Positions 10,401-19,452 of a stretch of 64,000 bases of DNA are shown piece by piece; the first letter of the stretch is position 1, and every line of letters starts with the position of its first letter. Below the pieces are notes generated by a model. That model did not search any database. It was not told the DNA's origin and saw only the letters and a program-made list of their open reading frames with translations. This stretch comes from Rhodanobacteraceae bacterium (GTDB taxonomy: Bacteria > Pseudomonadota > Gammaproteobacteria > Xanthomonadales > SZUA-5): the NCBI GenBank assembly GCA_031425695.1, contig JANPJV010000300.1, positions 16,625-80,624 on the forward strand. Reading direction: 5' to 3'. Both the position numbers and the translations under genes were made by a program.

Positions 10401-11032
10401 TCCGCGATTTCGTGGACAACGATGCCGTGCCCAGTCATCCATTGCATCGCTACAGCCTCACGGGGCTAGTTAAGCACCGAGCCTGGGAAAGGACGTGGCA
10501 TGACCAGCGATGCGAAGACCTTGGTGAAGCCGTTGTGCCTGCAGCGCCGCCAACCTATGCCCAGCCAGATTTCGTGTCGCGCCGCTTGTTCGAGCTTCGC
10601 GGCAAGCTCGACGTCCCGAAGGAACGTTTCATCGCCTTCACCGAAGTCCCAGGCCGCTCTGGCGCTGAGACTCTCTACGGCTGGGCCGGCTGGACCGCGC
10701 AGCACCGCATGAAGGCCATCCTCGCAATCGACGAGGAGCTTGAGGACGCTTCGGTACCACTCGCGGACCGAATCGGCCTGCTCGATAGCGCGTGGCGCCT
10801 TCTGCCTGACGTGGCTCGCGAAGATGCCGCTGCGGCTACCCGGCTGAAGGCTGAACTGCAGGCGCTCGTCGGCCCCGAGGGACCGAGCCGCCAACTTATT
10901 GAGGACTGGAAGAAGCGCTTCCCGCCGCCGAACGCGCGTACCACCAGTGCCGCGAAGGGTGGCAGGATTGGTGCGAAGAAGTCTGCAGCGCCTGATAGCG
11001 ACACTGAAACTGAGGAGACGGATGAGGCATGA
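7409..11032 (+). CDS. pglX: BREX adenine-specific DNA methyltransferase PglX
   Basis: 1207 aa. SAM motif I 'LLDPACGSGHFL'. Catalytic motif IV 'VVANPPYIV'. Position between pglW and pglY. Confidence 0.9.
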   Translation: MKASDRARLTTALRDHVAKIAGDLRVKIRAPGTVRAAAEQLHRDERVGEDFEVWTDLLSRRAAVLWVLKSVYLRVLEDRGLLHPGRLLDAEAQQLFERLAPNLGETAFLRWIYKDLASRNGGLPELFSPQPAEVALPSDDLSRALIAFWRHRDADTGTVWSFAEEHFEGELMGDLYQELDPVVKDRFALCQTPDFVRAFILDRTLTPAIETFGADEVRLLDPACGSGHFLIDGLKRIVAVTAEKHPDWDRAKVVAHALDRVVGIDLNDYACALARTRLIMTAAELAGVTKLGDAARFHPHVYWADGLEQVERDEVNPAFQYALFGKVEEKPLATLTRSDVRAALKKVFEKKFHAVVANPPYIVERDEARKKYHREKTGKKQRYVSAYRQYSLASPFTERSFQLAEKAGYIGLITSNNFMKREFGKPLVEEFLSGIDLTLVADTSQAYIPFHGTPTVLLFGRNQPPKSNTVRAVMGKRGESGTPEDPAKGKVWSSIADGWDQSGFESEYVSVTDLPRETLEEHPWSLGGGGASELKEFLDRNGISYLKDLITVIGRTNVVGHDDIWIAPEASFRRRGLRDVVVPFVIGETVRDWTIIDAPFAIYPYLEMGGATFPATHPLVTALWPWRALLERRTVFGKEMKEHGRPWWEHLEHYSDRLRTPLSIAFAFVATHNHFVLDRGGKVFKQSAPVIKLPAGASEDDHLVLLGLLNSSTACFWMKQVFHNKGGGTDSGKMQSDLAKVAHEFTATGLEDLPVPDLATNRASIVRMARAIDVLATERAWVLARVLPSIELLAATPSEELLAVISAAREREGLLLQRQIVLQEELDWSVYKAFGLVELEDENAISLPESSIEVVEVPIGARPFEILQARGGRITGVDSQSLASRLPDTVDATVAAVWEARMRVIQASPALSLIEHERYKRRWLLTPKHLAGRVETFDDRLGIRLRMLIGDLVELSARRRTSAFDIARIAADLQADARFDMLAQLITGRRDFSMDQLIRDFVDNDAVPSHPLHRYSLTGLVKHRAWERTWHDQRCEDLGEAVVPAAPPTYAQPDFVSRRLFELRGKLDVPKERFIAFTEVPGRSGAETLYGWAGWTAQHRMKAILAIDEELEDASVPLADRIGLLDSAWRLLPDVAREDAAAATRLKAELQALVGPEGPSRQLIEDWKKRFPPPNARTTSAAKGGRIGAKKSAAPDSDTETEETDEA

Positions 11033-12441
11033 ACACCCTAGTGCCGCATGGCAAGCCGGAGGGCGTGATCGCGCCAATCAAGTCGGTCCAGATTGAGAAC
11101 TTTCGAGGAGTTCGAGATCTGACCATCGATCTAGACGAGCACGTCACAGTGTTCTTCGGCATGAACGCGGCCGGCAAGACCACGTTACTCGACGCGCTTG
11201 CTATAGGCCTAGGGGCGGTTGTCGCGCGCGTACCTCGTGTTAAGGGCATCTCCTTTGACAAGCACGGAGACATCCGCGTCCCGTGGAAGGACCCAAAAAA
11301 TCACGTCGACGGGAAGCGCGGTGCTGAGCAGCCGTACACACGTGTCACCTTGACAAGCGCAAGTGGTCTGTCCTGGGACGTGCACAAGCTGCGGTGGGCG
11401 GGCGACAAGGTCCCAGGTGCTTCGCTCGGCGTCAAGCGACTCCACGATGTCCTCGATCCCATCGTGAAGGAGGCGCTCGACGGCGGTGAGGAGACTGCAA
11501 GGACACAGAGCCCATTTCCTCTGGTTGCTGCCTACGGCACCGAGCGCTCGGTCGTGGCAGTTCCCCTCCGAAAGCGAGGCTTCAACGAAGAGTTCCAGCG
11601 ACTCGGCGCACTCGATGGATCGCTGCGAACCAGCACCCGATTCAAGACAGTCTTCGAGTGGTTTGTCGTTGCCGAGGACGAGGAACGCCGCGAGCGCGAG
11701 CGCCAAAAGGACTTTGAGTTTCGCTACCCCGCGCTCGAATGGGTGCGCAGCGCCATCGAACGCGCGGGCCTGCGGTGCAAAAGGCCCCGTATCGAGACGA
11801 GGCCAAGCCTGCGCATGCTTGTCGACTTCGAGCACACCGATGGGTCGCTCGAAGCGCTCGATATAGCGCGTCTGTCGGATGGCTATCGGACACACTTCGC
11901 TCTCGTTGTAGACATCGCCCGGCGAATGGTGCAGCTCAACCCGAGCGACGACCTCACGGCGAGGGACCGCGGGACAAACAGCGAAGCCATCATCCTCATC
12001 GACGAGATCGACCTCCACCTGGATCCGACGTGGCAGGCCAGTGTGGTCAAAGGGCTACGCGACACGTTCCCGCGCGCACAGTTTATCTTGACCACGCATT
12101 CCGAGCAGGTCATCGGCTCCGTGCCCGCCTCGTCGGTGCGAAAGCTCGTGCCCGGCGATGGCGAGGTGCTCGTGGAAAACGTCCCCTTTGCCGAGGGCGC
12201 GACCAGCGAGCGCATCCTCATCGATCTGATGGGCGCGAAGGAGCGCGTCGCAGGTCCCAACACCGAGAAGCTGACTGCGTATATGGACCTGGTAAATCGG
12301 GGCGAAGTCGATAGTGTGGGCGCAAGAGCCCTACGGGCTGAACTCGAGGAACTGCTTCCGGGCGACGAGCGGCTGCATCAGGCTGACCTTGAAATTCAGA
12401 AGCGTGCCCTGCTGCGGCGGATCAAGGAAGGCGCTTTGTGA
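11029..12441 (+). CDS. ptuA: SMC/ABC-type AAA ATPase, PtuA-like (Septu-type)
   Basis: 470 aa. 'IENFRGVRDLTIDL..FFGMNAAGKTTLLDAL' (Walker A), 'AIILIDEIDLHLD' (Walker B/D-loop), 'ILTTHSEQV'. ATGA overlap with the pglX stop. Symbol assigned by architecture only. Confidence 0.7.
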   Translation: MNTLVPHGKPEGVIAPIKSVQIENFRGVRDLTIDLDEHVTVFFGMNAAGKTTLLDALAIGLGAVVARVPRVKGISFDKHGDIRVPWKDPKNHVDGKRGAEQPYTRVTLTSASGLSWDVHKLRWAGDKVPGASLGVKRLHDVLDPIVKEALDGGEETARTQSPFPLVAAYGTERSVVAVPLRKRGFNEEFQRLGALDGSLRTSTRFKTVFEWFVVAEDEERRERERQKDFEFRYPALEWVRSAIERAGLRCKRPRIETRPSLRMLVDFEHTDGSLEALDIARLSDGYRTHFALVVDIARRMVQLNPSDDLTARDRGTNSEAIILIDEIDLHLDPTWQASVVKGLRDTFPRAQFILTTHSEQVIGSVPASSVRKLVPGDGEVLVENVPFAEGATSERILIDLMGAKERVAGPNTEKLTAYMDLVNRGEVDSVGARALRAELEELLPGDERLHQADLEIQKRALLRRIKEGAL

Positions 12442-13253
12442 AGCGCGTCCGCTCGCTGACCGCCGAGCCGCTGCCGCTCGCGAACTACCGAGCCAATAAC
12501 CCCGGCGAAGAGAAGCGCCCGGCCACAGAGGCGAAATCGGTCTGGAGTGGCTTCAAGTCCGATCAGGCGGCATACCGGCAGGTGCTCGACGACCTCGTAA
12601 GGACGCAACAAGGGTTGTGTCTCTACTGCGAACAGCTGCTCGTCGATCAGTGCGGGGGACCGATCTTCGGCGACTACCAGATCGAACACGTCTTGGCGAA
12701 ATCGGGGGCAACGGGCCGCGCTCTCGACTGGGCCAATCTCGTACTCGCCTGCACCGGTGGCACGTACCCGCACCATCAGGACGCGTTGCGCTTCATGCCG
12801 GGTCCGAACCAATCGTGCGGCCAGACCAAGGACGATGCGGATCTGCCACCGGGGACTGATCCGCGGAGCATTCCGCTAGCCGGTTCGATTGTCGACGTCG
12901 ACATGGTAGGGAAACTCGAAGCTAACGCCGCCAACTGCACAGCCTCTGGCGTCTCGGTGCGAGACGTAGCGCGAGTGATCGCATTGCTGAACCTCAATTG
13001 CGAGCGGCTCCGGAAGGCGCGGCAAAATCAGCGCGACAACATCAACTCATGGTTTGTGCCCCTGCTTACCGAATTGCTTGCTGCGACACATCTCAACGCT
13101 GCGGAACGCCAACAGATGCTGGATCTTTGGATCGCTGGGCGGCTCCGGCCAAATCCGCAGGGAAATTTGCGGGCCTTCTGGAGTACGGAACGGCTAGCGA
13201 TCGGAGAAGCCGCCGAGATGTGGATTTCGAACAACCAAGGACTGTTCCAATGA
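12438..13253 (+). CDS. ptuB: HNH-type endonuclease, TIGR02646/PtuB-like (Septu-type)
   Basis: 271 aa. 'CLYCEQ..', 'YQIEHVLAKS', 'WANLVLAC', 'SCGQTK' = HNH/His-Me finger layout. GTGA overlap upstream and ATGA overlap downstream. Confidence 0.7.
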   Translation: MKRVRSLTAEPLPLANYRANNPGEEKRPATEAKSVWSGFKSDQAAYRQVLDDLVRTQQGLCLYCEQLLVDQCGGPIFGDYQIEHVLAKSGATGRALDWANLVLACTGGTYPHHQDALRFMPGPNQSCGQTKDDADLPPGTDPRSIPLAGSIVDVDMVGKLEANAANCTASGVSVRDVARVIALLNLNCERLRKARQNQRDNINSWFVPLLTELLAATHLNAAERQQMLDLWIAGRLRPNPQGNLRAFWSTERLAIGEAAEMWISNNQGLFQ

Positions 13254-16200
13254 CCACGATCACCGAGGCCTTCGAGCTACCGCGCCCCGAAGAGATCCGG
13301 GCGATGGGTTTCGTGGTCAAGCTGCGCGAGCTCGACGCCAACTCCGACGATGTCGCGCAGCTCGCACGTGACTACGTCGTCACGCCAGCCATCGAGAAGG
13401 AACTGCCGCGCATCCTTGACGATATGAAGCAGGTCTTCGATCGTGGCGAGGAGTACGGTCGCTTCATTCATGGCAGCTTCGGCAGCGGCAAGTCGCACTT
13501 CATGACGATGCTTTCGCTGCTGGTTGAGGGCGTTCCAGCCGCGTGGAAGAAGTTCCAGCCGGTACTCAATGCGCACCGCGATGCGAAGGCGAGCAAGGGC
13601 GCTGAGGCGGTCGACCATGAGGCATGGCTGGCGAGCGCGGGCTTGCTGGTTGTGCGTATCCACATGCTCTCCGTGCGCGGCAGGAGCACCGGGTTCGACC
13701 GCGCCGTTTATGAGGGCTTCAATGCTGCGCTCAAGCGGCGCGGCAAGCAGCCCTTCGAGTTCCTAAACGTCGATGCGATCTTCGAGGAGGTCCGCCGCGA
13801 GGCAAAGGAATACGGCGACATCGTCTGGAAGCGTCTCGAGGCGGAGAGCATCGTCGGCGGGCGCGAGGATTTCGAAGCCATCGCTTCGGGTTCGATCCAG
13901 GCAAAGGAGCGATTCGCGCGAATTTGGCTGAAGTACAAGGGTCGGGACGCTGCGGACGCAGGCGTTGATCCACGCTGGAGCGAGGGGCTCCGGCGCTTGG
14001 CCGAGCATGCCAAGGCGCAGGGCTTCGGCGGCATCGTGCTGATGATCGACGAGTTCCTCCTATGGCTAGCCGAGAAGAGCGGCCAGGAGTTCGTCGCGGA
14101 GATCAACAACCTCAATGTCATCGTCGATCACAACACCGGGCACCGCCCCGCGCCGATCTTTGTCTTCGTTGCGCGCCAACGAAACCTCCAGGAATTCTTC
14201 CCAGACCTCGTGGACGAGTCGAAGATCCACGAACATCTCGACCATCATGCCAAGCGTTTCGAGGTCACCAAGCTGCAGGACGTCGAACTGCGCCACATCG
14301 TGCGGGGCCGGGTGCTTCGCCCGAAGAATGCAGATGCCGTTCGCGCAGCAGTGAACTCGCTTGCCGAGCGTCACCAGAAGGTGCTGCCGGCGCTCCTTGC
14401 CGGTGGTGACATCGACTACCTTCGGGACGTCTACCCGTTCCACCCCGCGCTCATCGAAATGCTGGTCGACGTGACGTCGCTCATGCAGCGCGAGCGCTCG
14501 GCGCTGCGCCTGCTGTACGAACTGCTTGTGATCCACTACCCGACGCTTCCGCTGGGCGAGTTCCTGCCTGTGGGATCTGCGTTTTCGGCGATTTTCCCCG
14601 AATCAGGCGTCGAAGCGAGCAAGAAGGTGGAGCTCATGCAGGACATCCACCACCAGTACTACTCGCGACTCGCACCGGCGATGGCCCAGCTGGCAAAGGC
14701 TGCGACCGGTGAACCGGGGGGCGAATTTCCCAACGAACGGCGGCGCGCGCTTGATCAGCTCGTCAAGACAGTGCTCCTCGCGGAGGTCTCTCCGCGGCTC
14801 AAGCAGGGCGGCCTCACCGTCGAGCGCCTGGTGCAGCTCAATGCAGTCGACGTCGAGGGTGAGACGTTCCGGGGCCAGGTACGCGTCGCGGAAACCGACC
14901 TACTCGCGCTATCGCAGCGTGTGCCGGATCTTCAGGTGGCGGGTCAGGGCAAGACGGCGCTCGTGCGCTACGTGCTAGGGCGTGTCAGTCTCGGTGAGGT
15001 CCTCGCGCGCGCGCGTTCGAAGGTCGACAATCCTGCCCAGCGGTTCAAAGTGTTTTGGTGCGCGCTGCGCGCTGCCCTCGGCGTCGCGGGCTCAAAGGGC
15101 TTCGACGAGGGCGGAGCGAACGAGGGCGACTGGGACCTCGGCTGGCGTCGAACCAAGCGCCGCGGACGCCTCAAGCTGGGCAACGTGCGTGAGATGTCGT
15201 ATGACGACTTCGCACCGCCGGACGGCACCTTCAAGATCCTCGTCGACTACCCGTGGGACGAGCCCGGGCACACCGTCGATGAGGACCGCATGCGCGCCAC
15301 CAACGTACGTAAGAAGCAAGGGCTGGTTCACACGGTTTGTTGGCTGCCTCGCCATATGAGCCCGACTGAGCTTGGCGTGCTGACAGAGCTTGCCGCAGTG
15401 CGTTATTTGCTCTCGGACGCAGGACAGGAAGACCTGCTGGAGACGCTGGGGCCGCAAGAGAAAAGCAAGGTTCTTGACCAAGCGGGGATACGCCAGAAGT
15501 CATACGAAGTGCAACTCGATGACCTGCTCAAGGTGGTCTACGTTCAACACGGCGAGTTCTTCGCTCTGATCTCAGACGTCGACTCGAGTCGCCCGCGCGA
15601 GACGCTCGCAGAGAACCTAGAGCACGTCGCGGCCCTACTCATGGACCGCCGTTATCCGCAGCACCCGACCTTCCTCGCCGAGCCGAAAAAGCAGGATCTC
15701 GAAGCACTGCTCGGCTGGATGGTCGCCGCTGGCGAGGGCACTGTGTCGGTGGCCTACGATGAAAACGTCGCCAAGGTGCTGAAGACACTTGGTCAGCCGC
15801 TCGAGCTCGTGAACCTTGGGCAGACCAAGGCCTCGTTGCGTCTCGACTCCCGCTATATCAAAGACGTCCTCCAGCGCGTAGACCAGGATTCAGTGGCCTG
15901 GGTGCCGATCGCTGACCACCTTCGCGAAACTTACGGGTTCCAGCCACTGCTCATCGATCTCTTCCTGTGCTTCCTATGCCAGCGCGACCACCGCGCCTTG
16001 CTTGACGTCGATGGCGATACAGTCGACGTGCGCATCGGCATGCCGCCGTCGACGCGCATCCGACTACAGCGTGGCAAGTTGGTGAGCGCCGCCGACTGGC
16101 ACCGTCTGCGTGATCTCGGCAACCAGCTGTTCGAGGTGCCGCGTCCGGCCGCTCATCGCTCGCTGCAGGGACAGGACCACTTCACCGCGGCGCTCCGTAT

Positions 16201-16873
16201 GAAGGGACAGGCGAAACGTACTGTGCTGCAGGGGCTCCATGCACGCCTCGTCCATCTCAGCGTGGACCAAGGTGACCGGCTGGGCGAACTGGCAACTGCC
16301 AATACGCGTCTCGGCCCACTCGCGCAGGCCACGACCGACACGCACAAGGTGCTTACAGAGCTGCTTGCCGCATGGCCTGACGATCCATCCGAGGCGCTGC
16401 GTGCCCTCGTGCAGCAGGTGGAGAGCATCCGCGATGCACTCGGCGAACTAAACGAACATGCGCGTGCGAATCTCAAGGCGGGTGTCAGTCACTCTGCCGT
16501 CGGCACCGAGGTGAGCGGCCATCTGAGCGCGCTCGACAGCCGCCTTGCAGCGGCTCAGTCCGAACAGCCGCTGACGAAGGACTGGGTCATCAGCTGGAAC
16601 AAGAAGGCGCAAGAGCTGACCAAACGGCTTATCGAACAACCACCGGCGCCGGGGCCGCAGCCGCCGGTCGACGGTGGTAGCCCGAAGCCTCCCGTGGCTG
16701 TGCCACCCCCAGCCGCGCGCTCGGTCCTTGTGACGGCGCGCGTCAATCCAACTGATGCCGACGCCATCTCATCGTTCCTCGCTGCAGTCCGCAAGGCGCT
16801 GACCGAGCAGGGAACAAAGCCGATCAACATCGCGCTCGTGCGCACTGAGCCGGATGAGGGACGCACGGAGTGA
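13250..16873 (+). CDS. pglY: BREX P-loop ATPase PglY (BrxC family)
   Basis: The track ORF starts at 12998, but its first 84 codons overlap the HNH gene and are R/A-rich. ATG 13250 overlaps the preceding TGA. Walker A 'GSFGSGKSHF'. About 1207 aa. Canonical position. Confidence 0.88.
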   Translation: MTTITEAFELPRPEEIRAMGFVVKLRELDANSDDVAQLARDYVVTPAIEKELPRILDDMKQVFDRGEEYGRFIHGSFGSGKSHFMTMLSLLVEGVPAAWKKFQPVLNAHRDAKASKGAEAVDHEAWLASAGLLVVRIHMLSVRGRSTGFDRAVYEGFNAALKRRGKQPFEFLNVDAIFEEVRREAKEYGDIVWKRLEAESIVGGREDFEAIASGSIQAKERFARIWLKYKGRDAADAGVDPRWSEGLRRLAEHAKAQGFGGIVLMIDEFLLWLAEKSGQEFVAEINNLNVIVDHNTGHRPAPIFVFVARQRNLQEFFPDLVDESKIHEHLDHHAKRFEVTKLQDVELRHIVRGRVLRPKNADAVRAAVNSLAERHQKVLPALLAGGDIDYLRDVYPFHPALIEMLVDVTSLMQRERSALRLLYELLVIHYPTLPLGEFLPVGSAFSAIFPESGVEASKKVELMQDIHHQYYSRLAPAMAQLAKAATGEPGGEFPNERRRALDQLVKTVLLAEVSPRLKQGGLTVERLVQLNAVDVEGETFRGQVRVAETDLLALSQRVPDLQVAGQGKTALVRYVLGRVSLGEVLARARSKVDNPAQRFKVFWCALRAALGVAGSKGFDEGGANEGDWDLGWRRTKRRGRLKLGNVREMSYDDFAPPDGTFKILVDYPWDEPGHTVDEDRMRATNVRKKQGLVHTVCWLPRHMSPTELGVLTELAAVRYLLSDAGQEDLLETLGPQEKSKVLDQAGIRQKSYEVQLDDLLKVVYVQHGEFFALISDVDSSRPRETLAENLEHVAALLMDRRYPQHPTFLAEPKKQDLEALLGWMVAAGEGTVSVAYDENVAKVLKTLGQPLELVNLGQTKASLRLDSRYIKDVLQRVDQDSVAWVPIADHLRETYGFQPLLIDLFLCFLCQRDHRALLDVDGDTVDVRIGMPPSTRIRLQRGKLVSAADWHRLRDLGNQLFEVPRPAAHRSLQGQDHFTAALRMKGQAKRTVLQGLHARLVHLSVDQGDRLGELATANTRLGPLAQATTDTHKVLTELLAAWPDDPSEALRALVQQVESIRDALGELNEHARANLKAGVSHSAVGTEVSGHLSALDSRLAAAQSEQPLTKDWVISWNKKAQELTKRLIEQPPAPGPQPPVDGGSPKPPVAVPPPAARSVLVTARVNPTDADAISSFLAAVRKALTEQGTKPINIALVRTEPDEGRTE

Positions 16874-19452
16874 GTGCAGCCCAACTCCTTCTTCGTCGAC
16901 TACTTGATCAAGCCGGCGGTGCCAGCGAGACAGGCTATGTGCTCGTGATCGACGGCGAAGGCCTCGAGAACCTGCCGGACCAGATGCCGACCCCAAAGGG
17001 CGCCTACGGCGTGCACCGCGTCGCGTCCGAGCTCGGTCTTCGGCATTTGCTGTGGAAAGCGAAGGGTGCGCCGCTGATCGCAGTCATGCCTGAGGATGTG
17101 GCTCGGCGAGTCCAGAACGCACCCGACATCCTTCGGCGCGCGAAAAACCAACGCGTCCATGCCCTTTCGGTGAACGACGTGCTGGAGGTCGTACTCGGAG
17201 TGCGCGTTGTGGGCGCCGACGCGCCCCATATGCAGCAGCTTGCGCTGGAGCATGTCGACAAGCTTGGCATCGCGATGAGCCACCGTACACTGCCTACCGT
17301 TGTCGACCGACGGCTGCTGACGGAGCTGCTCGTCGATGTGAGCGTGGGTGAGCACGTTCGAACGCGCAGCCCGGCACAGCTCCTCGCCACGTGGGTACAA
17401 GAGCCGCCGCGCTGGCCGGCAAATATCAGCCAACTCGTGCGCGACGCGATGCCGACTCTGCACGGCGACGAAGGGCGCCTGCTCGCGTGGGCGCTAGCTG
17501 AGCCTGACACGCGTTTGCGCGACCTCGTCGTCTACGGCGCGGTGCTCACCGTAGAAGCCCACGAGTTGCCGAAACCTGCGTGGGGTCCGCTGTGGAAAGC
17601 CGCAACCGAAACTCCCATCGAGATGGATCGGCGCATCCTCCGGCGCACCGTCGCACGCCTCGCCGAGGAAGCGCTGGCGCTGTTGGGCGACGCGGGCGGC
17701 CAATTACTCGCGGGCGCCGACCGTGTGGGGCGCGAGAGCCTCACGCCGACGCAACTGCAGACGAGTCGTGTGCTGCCGCTCGCGTTTTCCGACCGCTGCC
17801 ACGCCCTTGCGCAGCAGGCAGCGGCCGGCAAGGCGATCAGCGCAGCTGACACAACCTGGCTCGCGGGCCACCGCGCCGCGCAGATGAACCTTGGCGACCT
17901 CGCAGTGCTCGAGGCGATGGCGCGCATCTCGCGCTACCTCGACCAGCCGTTCAGCCCTAAAGCCGACTTGCTAGAGCAGGTGCGCTGTTATCAACGGAGC
18001 GGCGCATTCGTCGACCTTGCGACGATGCAACTTCGCCGTGCGCTTGCGAGTAGCGTCCACTACCACGTCGAGGCCAATAAGCTCCTTGCGGCGTGTCGCG
18101 AGCGCCGTAATCGCGAGAACCGGCAATTTGCGGAGACAATGGCGAGCGGCTACGAGGCCGCGCTGCACCGCGAGGGACTCACGCCTCTGCATCGATTGTG
18201 GAAGCGCACCGTCGCTCCACTCTGGCAGTCCGAGCCTGACGCGCGCCTCTTCCTTGTCGTCCTCGATGGCTGCAGCTACCCGGTGTTCCTCGAACTGCTG
18301 TATTCGCTCGCGCAGGACAGCAGCTTCCCGCTTGGAATCAGGCCAGACGCGAACGGCCACGTGCATGGGTTCCCAGCACTCTCACCGCTGCCGACCGTCA
18401 CCAGTCACGCGCGTGGCGCGATCTTTCTCGGCGAGCTGCCGAAAGATCCACTGGTCGCTGAGACCGTGTTTCGCGACATGGACGAAGCGAAGACCGATAA
18501 GGCCCGCTTCAATCAAAACGCCGCGCTTGGAGGCAAATCGCGGCGGCTTTTCCTAAAGGGAGATCTGAACGACGGCGGCCAGGCGTTGCTATCCGCGTTG
18601 AGCGACGACGGCCTTTCGGTTGTCGGTGTCGTGTTCAACGCGGTCGACGACCAGATCGGCTCTTCGAACACGGGCGCGACGGTAAAGATTTCGCCTGAGG
18701 ACATCAACGCATTCAAGCCCGCGCTGCGCGTCGCGCTGAAGGCCGGGCGGCGAGTGCTGATCACGGCCGACCACGGTCATAGCCCCTACATCGACAAATC
18801 TCTTCGCGCCGGAAGCGGCAAGACACCGAGGTACACCGCGCTCGGCAAGCACGATGTCGCGCCTGAGGGCTTCATCGAGATCGATCTCGCCGGACTCGGT
18901 GGACCGCCCGAACGGCGCGCATTCGCTTGGCAGTCCGGCGTGTATCTCGGCGGCCCGCAGGTGGGCTTCCACGGCGGCGTCGCACTGGAGGAGGTCGTCG
19001 TACCGCTTGCGTGGATAGAGCGCGATGGCCTGCACGCCGACGAGCCCTCATGGTGGCACGGGCGCGGCACGCTCGCTGATTTCGCCACCGAGGTTAAGCC
19101 GGTGCTTCCGCCCATCGTCACGCCGCTGCCGTCGGACCGGGCGCCAACGAAGCCGAAGGCGCAGCTGTCACTGTTCGAGCCCGCCGACAGAGCTTCGTCG
19201 CTGCCGCTTCCGGACACACTGATCGACCGTCTCAGCATGGATGAACGCAGCATCCTGGTCCTGCTTCGCGATACCGGGTCAGCGCGCGCCAGCGAACTTG
19301 CGCAACGCCTGAACAAGAACCCCGGCCGCTTGAATGGGCTCATGCGCGCTTTGCGCCGAACCCTCCACGCCGAGGGGTACGTCCTCTTCACCGATGAAGT
19401 TCTTCCCAGTGGGGAAACCATGTACCGCTATCAATCGAAGGACGGACGCTGA
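16870..19452 (+). CDS. pglZ: BREX alkaline-phosphatase-fold protein PglZ with C-terminal winged-helix-like tail
   Basis: 860 aa. 'LFLVVLDGCSYPVF' and 'VLITADHGHSPY' PglZ/AP-superfamily motifs. C-terminal 'SILVLLRDTGSARASELAQRLN' HTH-like. GTGA overlap with pglY. Confidence 0.9.
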   Translation: MSAAQLLLRRLLDQAGGASETGYVLVIDGEGLENLPDQMPTPKGAYGVHRVASELGLRHLLWKAKGAPLIAVMPEDVARRVQNAPDILRRAKNQRVHALSVNDVLEVVLGVRVVGADAPHMQQLALEHVDKLGIAMSHRTLPTVVDRRLLTELLVDVSVGEHVRTRSPAQLLATWVQEPPRWPANISQLVRDAMPTLHGDEGRLLAWALAEPDTRLRDLVVYGAVLTVEAHELPKPAWGPLWKAATETPIEMDRRILRRTVARLAEEALALLGDAGGQLLAGADRVGRESLTPTQLQTSRVLPLAFSDRCHALAQQAAAGKAISAADTTWLAGHRAAQMNLGDLAVLEAMARISRYLDQPFSPKADLLEQVRCYQRSGAFVDLATMQLRRALASSVHYHVEANKLLAACRERRNRENRQFAETMASGYEAALHREGLTPLHRLWKRTVAPLWQSEPDARLFLVVLDGCSYPVFLELLYSLAQDSSFPLGIRPDANGHVHGFPALSPLPTVTSHARGAIFLGELPKDPLVAETVFRDMDEAKTDKARFNQNAALGGKSRRLFLKGDLNDGGQALLSALSDDGLSVVGVVFNAVDDQIGSSNTGATVKISPEDINAFKPALRVALKAGRRVLITADHGHSPYIDKSLRAGSGKTPRYTALGKHDVAPEGFIEIDLAGLGGPPERRAFAWQSGVYLGGPQVGFHGGVALEEVVVPLAWIERDGLHADEPSWWHGRGTLADFATEVKPVLPPIVTPLPSDRAPTKPKAQLSLFEPADRASSLPLPDTLIDRLSMDERSILVLLRDTGSARASELAQRLNKNPGRLNGLMRALRRTLHAEGYVLFTDEVLPSGETMYRYQSKDGR

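Noticed and set aside
12998-13249. N-terminal 84-codon extension of the pglY ORF
   Set aside because: It overlaps the HNH gene in another frame and is R/A/C-rich. ATG 13250 gives the ATGA coupling seen at the other junctions.
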